Below are positions 38,469 through 50,905 of a stretch of DNA of 64,000 nucleotides, one piece after another. The DNA is from Owenia fusiformis. Lineage: Eukaryota. Position 1 is the stretch's first letter, and the number at the start of each line of letters is the position of its first letter. A program made the translations under genes and the position numbers. The stretch covers positions 39,742,001-39,806,000 of the forward strand of contig CAIIXF020000001.1 in the NCBI GenBank assembly GCA_903813345.2. Direction: 5' to 3'. The notes under the pieces are model-generated. The model saw only the letters and a program-made list of their open reading frames with translations, was not told the DNA's origin and did no database searches.

Positions 38469-38647
38469 CTAAAATAAAACATGGATGTAGAAGACAATGA
38501 CTTAATGAGTGCTGTATCAAAGATTATCACTTGCAAAGTGTTTTTTTAGTTTTCAATTGAGTCTCTTTTACTTGATCTATTATTGAATACTTGTCCTCAT
38601 GATTTCACAGAGCACGGCAGGAATTAATTGTAATCTATGTTACTTAC

Positions 38648-38852
38648 CCTGTCCAAATTATGAAATCAGGATTTGGTTCAATTGATTTCATTGCATATAC
38701 AGAGTCATTGACAAGAGCCCATGGGGCATCACAAAGGTAGTCCCCAAATCGGCCAAACCTAACTCTCTTGAGTGAAGATGGGCACGATTCTGCTGTTGCG
38801 TTCATGTCATATGTTGGGTCGTAATGAAAGTCCGATACATGCCAGAATGAAC
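38648..38852 (-). CDS. SMPDL3B: SMPDL3 exon 2
   Basis: Reads FWHVSDFHYDP..GRFGDYLCDAPWALV..PDFIIWTG (metallophosphoesterase DxH and GD motifs). Phase 1 to 2. Confidence 0.93.
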
Positions 38853-39162
38853 CTTCAAAAGTATTCAAAGAATATAATAAGAAAGATCCGAGTCAACATA
38901 ATACATAAATATGCCATAACTGGGCCTTTTTATTACGATAATATTTTGATATATCAAGATATATTTTGACAAATCGTACGGACATAGTAAAACATATTTT
39001 TATGAATAAGAAATATCATTCAACGCGCTAACGGGAGCAGGTCAAAAACACATTTACAAAATAATTGATCGATGATTAGTTGATAAGTCACGTTTATGTT
39101 AGCCAAACAAAATCAAAACTTTGTTTTTTATGTAAAATTACATCTTTAAGGTGATACTAGTA

Positions 39163-40194
39163 CGAGGGGGGATTCATAAGTAGTGGGACAAATGCTATAA
39201 CTTCACTTCTATCAACCAGATTTTATTCAAACTTGGAACACAGAACCATTAACATGTGATAATCATTGTGTGAAAATTTCAAAAAGTTACACCCAACTTT
39301 AGTAAAGTGAGAGTTCCAATTATGACGTCACAACAGGATCCACGGAGCACATTGTTTGTCACTAATTGCTAGTTAAATATACAAGTCTCAACTGATATTC
39401 AGGACGTGATCTAATCCATGACTTCTAGCAAGTCCTTTTGTAGAGCACATCAATTCTGTGCAAGACTATTGATTGCTTATCCTTCTGGTGCAATCTCACT
39501 CTTTCTCAAAGTATTCGCCATGACAATCAATGCATTTTTGGCATCTCCTCAACCAATCTAGGTATGCACCCTCAAAACCGTATTTTCCAAGATTGGTCAT
39601 CTTGGCTCTCACAGCATATTCAGAATACATATACAGAATACCCCCTATATACTGTAGATTTTTTTACTTCTTCTTTCCCATAGACTTCCAACAAACCTCT
39701 ATAGGTCTCTAATAATGAACACTTCTTCAAAGCATTAAATTTAATCACAGCACGGATGTTTATACGTGATTCTTGCTTTTTCATTGCTATTTTAATCAAA
39801 TTTTGCTCCATCCAAGAAGGACTGAAAATGGCAGTATTCTGGTGTCACTGCTTTGTGTGACATCACAAAAGCATGATGATGTAATATTTGTTACAGTTGT
39901 CACGACTACAAGGCTTGGGACAATATGAAACCAAATATTTGAAAATAACTGTCATTTTGAGATGTTTATGAGCATATTTATGTTGATCAAGTCCTTCATT
40001 TTTTAACTGCTCCGTTATCCCCTACTTTTGGTTACCATAGCAACCGTTGTTGCTAGGGAACAAAATGAATTAAATTGAAATTTCACCAAACAATGCCTTA
40101 TATCCTAGTCCGTTCATGTGCCAAATTTGGTTGAGATATGTACACAGGGACTTGTTGCCTCAGAAAAGTCCCACTACTTATGAATCCCCCCTCG
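39163..40194 (-). mobile_element. Internally deleted mariner element in SMPDL3 intron 1
   Basis: Ends read TA|CGAGGGGGGATTCATAAGTAGTGGGAC and GTCCCACTACTTATGAATCCCCCCTCG|TA. The N-terminal HTH RAVIKF..ETYRGLLEVYG..KSTVY is joined to the C-terminal DWLRRCQKCIDCHGEYFEK; the catalytic core is missing. Confidence 0.9.
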
Positions 40195-40264
40195 TATTCA
40201 AGAAAAAATAAACAATATTTTGAAAATCAACAAAATGATGATTAACTGCGATATTGTATTGTAA

Positions 40265-40318
40265 ATGTAAATGTATTGTATTGTATTGTATTGTATTGTA
40301 TTGTATTGCATTGTATTG
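40265..40318. repeat. (ATTGT)n microsatellite
   Basis: Direct inspection. Confidence 0.9.
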
Positions 40319-40434
40319 AGATACCACAAAGTCGATAGTGCTTATATCAACACAAACATCGCTTAATGTTTAATAGAACATCAGAAAGTTGATATATCAG
40401 TTATAATAGACGCAAATATAAATGTTACTCTTAC

Positions 40435-40525
40435 CTATATTTGCGGAACATGACATCATTTGAAATATAATTCCAAGCAGCGTCATTTGCGATACATTCC
40501 ATCTTATATCGTACACTATTCTCAT
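40435..40525 (-). CDS. SMPDL3B: SMPDL3 exon 1 (signal peptide)
   Basis: Reads MRIVYDIRWNVSQMTLLGIIFQMMSCSANIG followed by a GTAAG donor. Phase 1 matches exon 2. Six exons sum to 1404 nt (467 aa + stop). Confidence 0.7.
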
Positions 40526-41098
40526 TTCTAATGCAGCTTCAAAAGCTTAACTCCAATGAAAAAGTTTGTAACCCAAAAAATCGTTGAGGATTGGAACAGA
40601 AAGAGTAGTCTGTTGAAATCAAAGTATTAAACAGTTATTACTACACATATTTGTAATGCACCAGTGTCATTGTAATATTGAATATTCACTAAACTAAATT
40701 TGAAGAACATTATTAATTTGATAAGTTCGAGTAGGTCTAGAGTGTATGTTCAAAAGTAATAATAAGCTATACTAAGTTGATGATAAATACTAGTAATCCT
40801 TAACTAAGTGTTTCAATAGCAGGTTGATCTAAACATCGCAAATGGTGTTGTGCCTTATCACCAAAACAAAGGTATCAGTATTCCATACTGTCTGTACATG
40901 TATGGTTTCATATGTTCAACAACATGTTAATGAACATGAAGAATAACTTTATTCACTCTGATAATTTTCACTTAGCAGTACCAAATTGGTACATGTAGGT
41001 CAAGGTGAGATTAAACATTGCATTGAAGAATATACAAATATATTTTATTTTTCAAATTGTCGCCTCTCGTGCTTTTTAGATCAAAATAACAGTCATGA

Positions 41099-41556
41099 TC
41101 AGGCAACGATTCTTTCAGCATATGTCCACCCTTCGTATGGCTGTATAAGTCCAGATGATGACGCACAGTTTTCACCATATAGAACGCAGTCACCTGAACT
41201 TCTCTTGTAGCTTAATGACACACAGCCTGGTTGTCGCAGACACAAAGCCGCACATTTTATTAAGCTTCTCTCGAGTGAGCTAAGTAAGTTCCCGTCTGTA
41301 CATGTCATTTTTGTATTTTTCGTGTTCTCGAATACATCAAGTAAGTTAAGACTTGTGCCAGCAGGTGTTGTGACATCGGGTGTTGTGATCGCAGATGTCG
41401 TGACAGCAGTAGGTGTTGTGACATCAGGTGTTGTGACAGCAGTTGTCATGGCATGTTGTGTTGTGACATCAGGTGTTGTGATCGCAGATGTCGTGACAGC
41501 AGTTGTCATGAAATGTAGTGTTGTTAGATCTGAAGTAGCAGTTGTTGGGTTCGTGT
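41099..41556 (-). CDS. Secreted LTD-like/mucin/PAN protein, last exon (Thr-rich repeats + PAN/Apple domain)
   Basis: Acceptor TTGCAG, phase 1. TTPDV/TTAV/TTSAI repeats, then SLIKCAALCLRQPGCVSLSYKRSSGDCVLY..GWTY (PAN cysteine pattern) and a stop. Confidence 0.8.
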
Positions 41557-41756
41557 CTGCAATAACGTACATAATTTATCAAAATGATGACAGTGAGTTT
41601 ATTGATAAAAACATATCTACGATAATTAAAAACAACACGCATTTTTTACTCAATAGATTAAGATAGCATGCATTATTTATTCTATACAAAGTGACACGGT
41701 GTAATTCCCCTGGGCGTGTCAAACTATGTTATATCTATGTTATGTTATATTATATT

Positions 41757-42245
41757 GTATCTCATACTTGAGTGGGTTTCGGGTAGATATCACCCGGGAA
41801 TATATATCGTATCTGAGGAGCGGGCAGGATATATTGTATATGTCCCGCTCCAGGCCAAATGCGGGCAGATATAATATATCCATCCCGCTCCCGGGAATTT
41901 TTCAAAAGTTTAAAAAAGTTTAAATATCAAAAGTTTTAATTTTAAAATTTAATTTTTTTTAAGTTTAAATGTTACAATTTCATTGTATGGAACAAAAAGA
42001 ATATTACGAAAATGTTGAATATAAATATCTTGTCATTTGAAAAAGGTGGAAAAGGTTATATCTACCCTAAACCCATTCAAGTATGAGATACACCAGTTAT
42101 GCACGGTCGGTTTGGATACATTGAATATCCCTTGGGATATACAATACATCTTCCCTCGGTCCCTTCGGTCCCTCGGGAAGATATATTGTATATCCCTCGG
42201 GATATTCCCTGTATCCAAAACCTCCCAGTGCATAACCCCTATATA
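41757..42245 (+). mobile_element. Hairpin-ended non-autonomous element (Crypton-like architecture)
   Basis: 41757-41797 is the inverse of 42054-42091, followed by a long terminal hairpin at 42095-42237. Internal hairpin at 41817-41892. Confidence 0.6.
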
Positions 42246-42713
42246 TTCATTGACCCTTACATGATACAAACGTATCCCTCTGTAAATAAAAAAGGTGCAT
42301 GGTCATTTATTTATTTTTTTAAATTTTGCCTTAACTAAACTCTTGGAGTTATACTGGATATATGTTAGTACATGACTGGTAGAAATCTATGACATATGTC
42401 ATTTCCCTTTAAATTATGTCATAAATTACATTTTTTCTCATGCACACTAATGGTCTTTCTTATATTTTTTACATCAATTTATGCCATACTAATAATACTG
42501 ACGATTTTATGAATCGTACTATTTAATTTAATTTAATCGTTCTATTTCTAGCATTTAACCATATTTATGAAATTCTTTGAATGTCATCCATTTGGTCAAA
42601 TGTTGTATCGGTGGACAAATATATAAATGGTTGATATGATGATACAGAAAGATAAAGAATATTATTGATAAAGTATCATGTCCAGTTTATCAATTAACCG
42701 AGTGTATTAGCTT

Positions 42714-43523
42714 ACCCCCCTATCACACCAAACTCGTTCTAACCCGTTCTTGCCAGTCCTACGAAAACGTCGTAAAACGGGCTAAATCTGGCTGTGGTCG
42801 GGAAATATGTCTGAAATAATTAGCTTCTTCGTTCTTAAACAGTCTTCAATACGTCCATCTCGTTCGCAGTTCGTTCAGGTCGCATCACGACGGTGTGCAA
42901 CGCCGTAGAACGCGTCCCTTAGTCAAGAAGGTCATCATGACCTGATAACAGAACGGTATGGTCGCAATCGAATTTTGAATCGATTCAAAATTCTAAAATC
43001 ATATTCCCGTCTGAGAACGTTCATAAAGTTCGTAAATAGTCCTTAGAAAGTTGCAGCTACGTTCATTCCGTTCGCACACAGTTTAAAACCAGTTTTGAAG
43101 AACGCAGTGGCAACTTGTTTGGTGTGATAGCTATATTTTTGCTAACTCGTTCATAAGCAGTGTTAAATACGTTCTTAATCAGTTTAAACCCGTTTGCAAT
43201 GAGTTCTACCTCGTTCTCAACACGTCCTCAGACAGTTCAACTCGTTGTTAAAACGTCCCTAGTAGGATTGAAGTACGACGGTTCCGTTCGTAGTACGTCC
43301 AGCTCGTCGTTAGTACGTTGTCACTCGTTCAAATTGTAGAACGTGACGACCACGAGAACATTTTGAGCATTGTCTAGGTTCTAGAGGACCTACCCGTTCG
43401 AGCACGTTCGATGAAGTTTGTAAATAGATCCCAAACGGTTCTTAGTACGTCTAGTCCGTTCGTACACAGTTGAAGCCCGTTTTCAAGAACGTAGTGAGAA
43501 CTAGTTTGGTGTGATAGTAGGGT
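42714..43523. mobile_element. PIF/Harbinger-like MITE
   Basis: Ends read TTACCCCCCTATCACACCAAACT and AGTTTGGTGTGATAGTAGGGTAA with TWA flanks. Confidence 0.75.
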
Positions 43524-44089
43524 AAGTAGGAAGCAAGGGTCCCCATGCACCCGAAAGATTTTTGAATGAGAATTTTTTACACCGACAGGATGTCTACTTA
43601 AAGAATTTAGATGTTAACATTGCCATGCACACCGATTACAGCCTATATTTTATATTTCTTCAGTATTATCATGGGCTTTCAATCTAGTTGAAAGCCCATG
43701 GTATCATCGATATTTTCATTTTTTACATGACTAACATAAAAATAACATTGATTAATCATTTTAACAAAGATTCATGCAAATAGTTCTTATGAAATTCGAC
43801 TATTAGCAAAAAGTGGGTACCTCAGGGGGCAAAATTATGAGCTCTTTTCATACATTTTTCTATATAACTTTTTTAATAGGCAATGAAAGGTGGTAATAAA
43901 ATGTATGTAAAGAACTTGAGAGTGGACCTAGTGATCTTGGAGAAATTGAAGTTTGCTTCACTAGTGACTGAGAAAAAAAATTGATTCTTTTTTCAAAAAA
44001 TGATATTTTAGAGAGACGTAATTTTGTATAGGACTTTAGCGAACCCCTCGGGTTCCTACATTGCTCCTATCATATTGGGTCTCCTTATT

Positions 44090-45010
44090 TTCCTTTTACA
44101 TGTTTTGGAATATCGTTTGTTTCAGATGTGAATAGATGTTCGTTTTCTGTTTTTCCATCTCCGAAGAGAATTTTTCCGGATCAATAAGGTGGAGGATATT
44201 TTTCCTATTTTTGTGGATTTTGGCCCACGTCCACATCTCAGCATTGTTCTTTTGTAGTAAGATGTTGTGAACTTCTTTGTTTGTCTTTTTATCCATTCTG
44301 TGTTTACTGTCGCCTTCGGTTTCCGGGTTTCATCTTCTTCATTTCCTTTTGGGTGTCGACATTTTCTTTTCTTATTTTGAGGGATGGCTGCAATAATACT
44401 ATTACATTCCATAGTTCAGTAGTTACAGTATACTTTGGTTCATAACAATTCCATATTTTTGGCCTAATTCTACTGCTGTGAGAAATCTTAAAATCTGAAA
44501 TTTTCGTCCTGAATGTCTTTTATTCAATACCTTTTTGTATCCAGACTTCAGTTTCCATGATTTATCCATTCTTGATTCTCATCTGTTCGTTGTGCCATTA
44601 TCATTGTACTTCGGGATTGCTCGTATCGGGTTTGATATTCTATAATGCATCAGTTTGTGTATACTGTCTTCAGGTAACTTAGGTCTAAAACACTTATTTT
44701 GTCACTGTTTTTGAACGATTCAGTGTCCATACATTTCCCTGTGTCAAGTTCTTCAAGTGTAAGTTCCACATCCGCTTCCATTTGCCTCTGGTTTATATAT
44801 TTCTTACTCTTCTTGATGCTTAGGTTTTTACATATGATTGCAAGTGGAGCATGTTTATTGTTTAAGCCTCCTTTGTCTTGTTTGTAAATCATCATCTTTC
44901 TTCCAATTTTGTCCAGCTTCTCATTCCATATAAAGTTGAAGAATATGAGGATAAATGATCACAACTCTCTTTTGGCGCTTCAATTTGTTTTAGTGACATT
45001 TTAGTGAAGT
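44090..45010 (-). mobile_element. Degenerate L1/Tx1-like LINE fragments
   Basis: Reads ELTLEELDTGKCMDTESFKNSDKISV (pre-RT region), FLTAVELGQKYGI and SIIAAIP (Tx1-like C-terminal region). Many frameshifts. Confidence 0.55.
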
Positions 45011-45289
45011 TTTGAAGTCTGCATTCCTATTTCAACAAAATACAACATCATATCATAAACCTCGTCGCACTCCAACCCCTTCAAGTTTTATAACAGCCTC
45101 GTTTGGAAATATTCGGAATCACTTTTTTTAGAGTGAACCTGCAATATTTCAATTGTGATTTTGAACTCACTGCATGAAAACAACATCATACCTGTGGATA
45201 TCCCGTCGCATCTCAACCCTTTTATAACAGCCCCATTTGAAATAGAATAGCTACATACATTAAGAGCCATTAAGAATAATCGTACTAAC

Positions 45290-45562
45290 TTGTGCCACAA
45301 TTCTCAGACGCCATGGTCGGAACACTGATCGGAGAAACGCTCCCATCACAAAGGTTCACTGTGCCTGGACTTAGGTGTCTCGTTTCGAACTGTGTCATGT
45401 CCTTCACCGCATTGCCATTACATCTATTTAGTGACACATCTTCTGTAGCATAGGCAGAATCTTCGATAGCGATGACGTCTTGAGGGAGGTAGTCCGGGTA
45501 GAAAGGACCAACGCTGGTTTGAGCAACGTAGGTGCTGTACGCAATAAAGTCAACCAAATTTG
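45290..45562 (-). CDS. Secreted LTD-like/mucin/PAN protein, middle exon (C-terminal half of the LTD-like domain)
   Basis: Acceptor TTTTAG, donor GTTAGT, phase 1 to 1. Reads ANLVDFIAYST..EDSAYATEDVSLNRC..FETRHLSPGTVNLC. Confidence 0.8.
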
Positions 45563-45623
45563 CTAAAATGAAATGAAAAGTGTGACTTAAATATATCTTG
45601 TATTTACATGCACTTTCCACTTA

Positions 45624-46113
45624 CACCCCAGTCACATTTCCTACGGCGACCTTGCGGTCTATCATTTCTGCGGCCAGTAACATTTCTACGCTCGCCGTGG
45701 AATTTCTGCGCTCTCATACTTTTGCAGTCACATTTCCCACGGCAGCCGCACGGTGAATTTTAAATTTCTGTTGATAAATAATACTTTTATCATTTTATTT
45801 ACATCGGGACAATTTATAAATGTTATTCATAGTGCTAGGATGTAATATCAAATGAAAAGTGATCGTGAAACATTGACAAATAATGATTCAATCTTGTTGA
45901 GCCAGTTGATTTCTACGGGGACCTCAGAAATGAACAACTATTATAACTCCGAGTTATAATTTCTACGCCTTCCCTGCGGCCTGTAAAAATCTGCATACGC
46001 CGTACGGAGGCCGCAAGGCGAGCGTAGTTTTTCTACGTTCGCCGCAGAAATTCACCGATTTAATTGATCTGCGGTCGACTTGCGGCCTCCGTGCGACAAA
46101 TGTGACTGGGGTG
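45624..46113. mobile_element. PIF/Harbinger-like MITE copy 1 (490 bp)
   Basis: Ends read TTA|CACCCCAGTCACATTT and AAATGTGACTGGGGTG|TTA. Nearly identical to 55515-56005. Confidence 0.9.
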
Positions 46114-47579
46114 TTAGCGCTGGATACAGAATGAAAATGACGTCAGCGTTGGGATACGGTCCAGTATTTCAACGCCCCAGATTTCCATCCAGGAAAAATC
46201 TATTTACACGTCGCACGAAACTGGGGACAATTAGCGTAACATTATGGCGTCAAAAAACAAAACAAAACAATGAGCAGTATAGGGCGCAAACAGCCTTACA
46301 ACGTCAAAAACGACAAGCGTCACATTTTTTACAAGTTTAGTCAACCTAAAAATAAAATACATTATCCTTATCTAATCATTACAAAATTTACAGGGTAGCA
46401 AGATCTCGAGGACAATATTTCTAAAATGTTTTTGAATTTTGAAAAACGGTCAAGAAATCCACTTGGGGCGTTAGTAAAAATTGATATGTATGGAATTTGT
46501 GGTAAAAAATCGATGCGTCACATTTTTTCAAGTCTCGAAAACCAGCTCTTATTTTGATATTATTTGCAAAATAAACAAACCGGTTATTGTTTTGTAAATT
46601 TCGCCATGACAATATTGTGCAGTTAAATTTTCTTTCAAATCAGACCTAAATTAGAAGGTTAAATGAAGGTAAACTTATTGCTCGTCCCATTCGCCTTCAA
46701 AACCTTACACAATTTTGAAAATTTTAAAAGCGTTCGTATAAGATAATTTGAAATGTAGCCGTTAAGCAATTGTGACGTCATAAATGCAAATGTTCCATTG
46801 AATAAATTGTGAAATTTAAGTGGGATTTTGATCATTATTTCAAAAGTTATCTCAATTTCAACGAGCCCTGTAAGCGTAAAGTGTTACGTCTTACAGTGTA
46901 TTTCACGGGTAGTATCTAAAGCCCCGCTATGATTTAAAAATCGCGAGCAAGTTCCCGCTGAAATCGCGAGGAATAAAAAGAAGTCATGGGTTCTTTTTTG
47001 TGTTCTTGAATTGTATGATTTACAAAACGTTTTCTTTTAATTTTTCCCAATGATTACATGGTATTTGGACTAAAAAGCAACTGCTGGAAAAAATGTATCA
47101 CGAGCGGTAGTTCTGTGGTTCGTTATTTGTCAATTGAAGAGAGAAAGTATCATTTTGAATCTTTATCTATATATTTCTATACGTAATTGGTGAAGAACGA
47201 TGTTGTCCTGTGGTTGAAATAACGATAGTGATATGAAATAAAGATGTACCGAGTTTCCCTTCTTAAAGCTTTACAGAACATTTTATATTGCTCAAAAATT
47301 CTGTATTGGCCCGAGATGAAATCAAGTGGAAGTACAGCATATCGAGAGCACAATATATCCTATGTTGCGCTTCAAATCGTTGTATAACGTTTTTTATCGT
47401 GTGATTTTGCTACATAGTCCATAGGAAATATCCTGTATTTCTCTTATTGCAACTGTCCCCTCTGTTCCATCTTTGAGTACAAGTCGATATTCAGTAAGAT
47501 ACACGAATAAGCGTGCGTTTAGGTCAACCTAAAATGATTTAGTCAGAATAATGTTTATGAATATCATTCCTGTATCAAT

Positions 47580-50470
47580 CTCCTGTTGCTTACTTGCTTG
47601 CTTGCTTCCTCCCTTCCTTGCTTCTTCGCTTCCTTCCTTCCTTGCTTCCTGGCTTCATTCCTTCGCTTCCTCCCTTCCTTCCTTCCTTCCTCACTTCCCT
47701 CCTTTCTTTCTTGCTTCCTTCCTTGCTTCCCTCCTCGCTTCCTTCCTCCCTTCCTTCCTCCCTTCCTTGCTTCCTCGAATTCTTGCATCCTTCCTTCCTC
47801 GCTTCCTTCCTTCCATCCTTGCTTGCTTCCTTCCTTTCTTGCATCCTCCCTTCCTTGCTTCCTCACTTCCTTCCTTCTTCGCTTCCTTGCATCCTTCCTT
47901 TCCTTGCTTCCTCCCTTCCTTGCTTCTTTCCCTCCTTGCTTCCTTCCTTCCTGGCTTCCTTCCTTCCTTGCTTCTTCGCTTCTTTCCTTCCTCGCTTCCT
48001 TCTTTCCTTGCTTCTTTCCTTCCTCGCTTCCTACCTCCCTTTCTTCCTCGCCTCTTCTTTTCTTGCTTCCTTCCTTCTTTGCTTCCTTCCTTCCTCGCAT
48101 CTTTCCTTCCTCGCTTGCTTCCCACCTTACTTCCTCGCTTCCTTGCTTCATTCCTTTCTTGCTTCCTCGGCTCTCTCTTTCATCGCTTCCTTCCTTCCTT
48201 CCTTGCTTTCTCGCTTCCTTCCTTCCTCGCCTCTTCTTTTCTTGCTTCCTTCCTTCCTCGCTTCCTTCCGTCCTCGCATCTTTCTTTCCTCGCTTCCTTC
48301 CTACCTTGCTTCCTCGCTTCCTTCCTTCCTTGCTTCCTCGCTTCCTTCCTTCCACGCTTCCCTCTTTCCTTCCATGCTTTTTTCCTTCCTCGCTTCTTTC
48401 CTCCTTCTTTGTTTCCTCGCTTTCTTCATAAATTTCTTCCTCACTTCCTTTCCTCCTTCCTTCCTTGCTTCATTCCTTCCTTCCATGCTTCCTTGCTTGC
48501 TTTCTTCCTTGCTTCCTCGCTTCCTTCTTTCCTTCCTTCCTTCCTTCCTTTCTTCCCTCCTTCATTCCTTGCTTCCTTCCTTCCTCGCTTCCTTTTTCCT
48601 CCTTCCTTGCATCCTCGATTCCTTCGTTTTTTCCTCGCGTCCTTCCTTTTTTGCTTCATTCCTTCCTTGCTTCCTCCCTCGCTTCCCTCTTTCCTTTCAT
48701 GCTTTTTTCCTTCCTCGCTCCCTTCTTTCCTCCTTCTTTGTTTCCTCGCTTTCTTCATAAATTTCTTCCTCACTTCCTTTCCTCCTTCCTTCCTTGCTTC
48801 ATTCCTTCCTTCCATGCTTCCTCGCTTGCTTTCTTCCTTGCTTCCTCGCTTCCTTCTTTCCTTCCTTCCTCACTTCCTTCCTTCCTCACTTCCCTCCTTC
48901 ATTCCTTGCTTCCTTCCTTCCTCGCTTCCTTGTTCCTCCTTCCTTGCATCCTCGATTCATTCGTTTCTTCCTCGCGTCCTTCCTTTGTCGCTTCATTCCT
49001 TCCTTGCTTCCTTCCCTCCTTGCTTTCTCGCCTTCTTCCTTCTTTCCTTACTTACTTCCTTCCTTGCTTTTTTCCTTCCTTCCTTTCTTGCGTCTTTGCT
49101 TGCTTCCTTCTTTCCTTGATTCATCGTTTCCTTCCTTCTTTGCTTCTTGGCTTCCTTTCTTCCTCGTTCCCTTCCTTGCATCCTTCCTTGCTTCCTCAGT
49201 TCCTTCCGTCCTTGCTTCTTCGCTTCCTTCTTTCCTCGTTTCCCTCTTTCCTTCCTTGCTTTTTTCTTCCTCGCTCCCTTCTTTCCCCCTTCTTTGCTTC
49301 CTCGCTTCCTTCACAAATTTCTTCCTCACTTCCTTCCTTTCTTCCTTCCTTCCTTGCTTCATTCCCTCCTTCCATGCTTCCTCGCTTCCTTCCTTGCTTC
49401 CTCGCTTTCTTCCTTGCTTCATCGCTTCCCTCTTTCCTTGCTTCCTCGCTTCTTTCCTTCCTCACTTCCCTCCTTCCTTGCTTCCATCCTTCTTCGCTTC
49501 CTTTTTTCCTCATTCCTTGCTTCATCGCTTCTTTCGTTTTTTTCCTCACGTCCTTCCTTTCTCGCTCCATTCCTTTCTTGCTTCCTCGCTTCCATCTTTC
49601 CTCCTTCCTTGCTTCCTCGCTTCCTTCTTTCCTTGCTTCATCGCTTCCTTCCTTCCTCACTTCCCTCCTTCCTTGCTTCCATCCTTCTTCGCTTCCTTTT
49701 TTCCTCATTCCTTGCTTCCTCGCTTCTTCCGTTTTTTTCCTCACGTCCTTCCTTTCTCGCTCCATTCCTTTCTTGCTTCCTCGCTTCCATCTTTCCTCCT
49801 TCCTTGCTTCCTCGCTTCTTTCTTTCCTTGCTTCATCGCTTCCTTCCTCACTTCCCTCCTTTCTTCCTTGCTTCATCGCTTCCTTCCTCACTTCCTCCTT
49901 TCCTCCTTCCTTGTTTCCTCGTTTCCTTCATTCTTTCCTCGTGTCCTTCTTTTCTCGCTTCATTTCTTCCTTGTTTTCTTCCCTCCTTGCTTCCTTGCAT
50001 TCTCGCCTTCTTCCTTCCTTCCTTCCTTCCTTCCTTGCTTTTTTCCTTCCTTTCCTTGCGTCTTTGCTTGCTTCCTTCCTTCCTTGCTTCCTCATTTCCT
50101 TCCTTCTTTGCTTCCTGGCTTCCTCGCTTCCTTACTTGCTAGCTTCCCTGCTTAATTCTTTACTCGCATCGTTCCTTCCTTGCTCCCTCGGTTTCTTCCT
50201 TCCTTTCTTCCTCAGATGCTTCCTTGCTTGCTTCCTCGCTTTATTCCCTCCTCGCTTTCTCGTTTCCTTGCTTCCTTCCTTCCTTCCTTCATTGCTTCCT
50301 TGCTTCTTTCCTTCCCTCCTTCCTTCCTTTTTTCCTTCCTTGCTTACTTATATTACTCCCACCTTCACTTCTTCGATTTACTTCCTCCATTCTTTACTTG
50401 CTTGATAACTCAATTACTTACTTCGTTGCTTGTTTACTTCCTCACGTCCTTGCTTGCTTTCTTGATTATT
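47580..50470. repeat. 2.9-kb degenerate (CTTC/CTTG/CTCG)n polypyrimidine tract
   Basis: Extreme C/T strand bias, with internal higher-order repeats (e.g. 48340-48500 vs 48680-48830). Confidence 0.95.
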
Positions 50471-50514
50471 TACATTCTTTCATATGGCAGTGGAAAGACA
50501 CATTTTGATGAAAA

Positions 50515-50905
50515 CCTGCAAACGAACAAACGAACGAGGAAAGAACGCACGGATGGACAGAAGAACAGCCGAAAAACAATGAATGAACAAACGGACGGAT
50601 AGGCGGCCAAAAGAACGCATGAAGGGAAGATAGAAGAAAACAATTTACAAAAGATCGAACCCACGCACGCAAGAACGTAGTAACAAACGAACGCACGAAT
50701 GAACGCACTCACGAACGAACACACAAACGAACGCAAAAAGAACGAACAGACAAACGCACGCATGAATGGACGGTTGAACGAAAGCACGCACGGACGAACG
50801 GACGGATAGACGGACGAACCCACGAACGAAAGGGAAGTCAGACGAAAGCAAGCACGAACGAACGGTCGGTCGAATGCACGCACGAATGAACGGTCGGACA
50901 AAGAA
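50515..50905. repeat. (GAAC/GGAC/GCAC)n degenerate tetranucleotide microsatellite
   Basis: Direct inspection. Confidence 0.9.

Noticed and set aside
34098..41666. Plus-strand ORFs overlapping the SMPDL3 and PAN exons
   Set aside because: Antisense shadows of real minus-strand exons.
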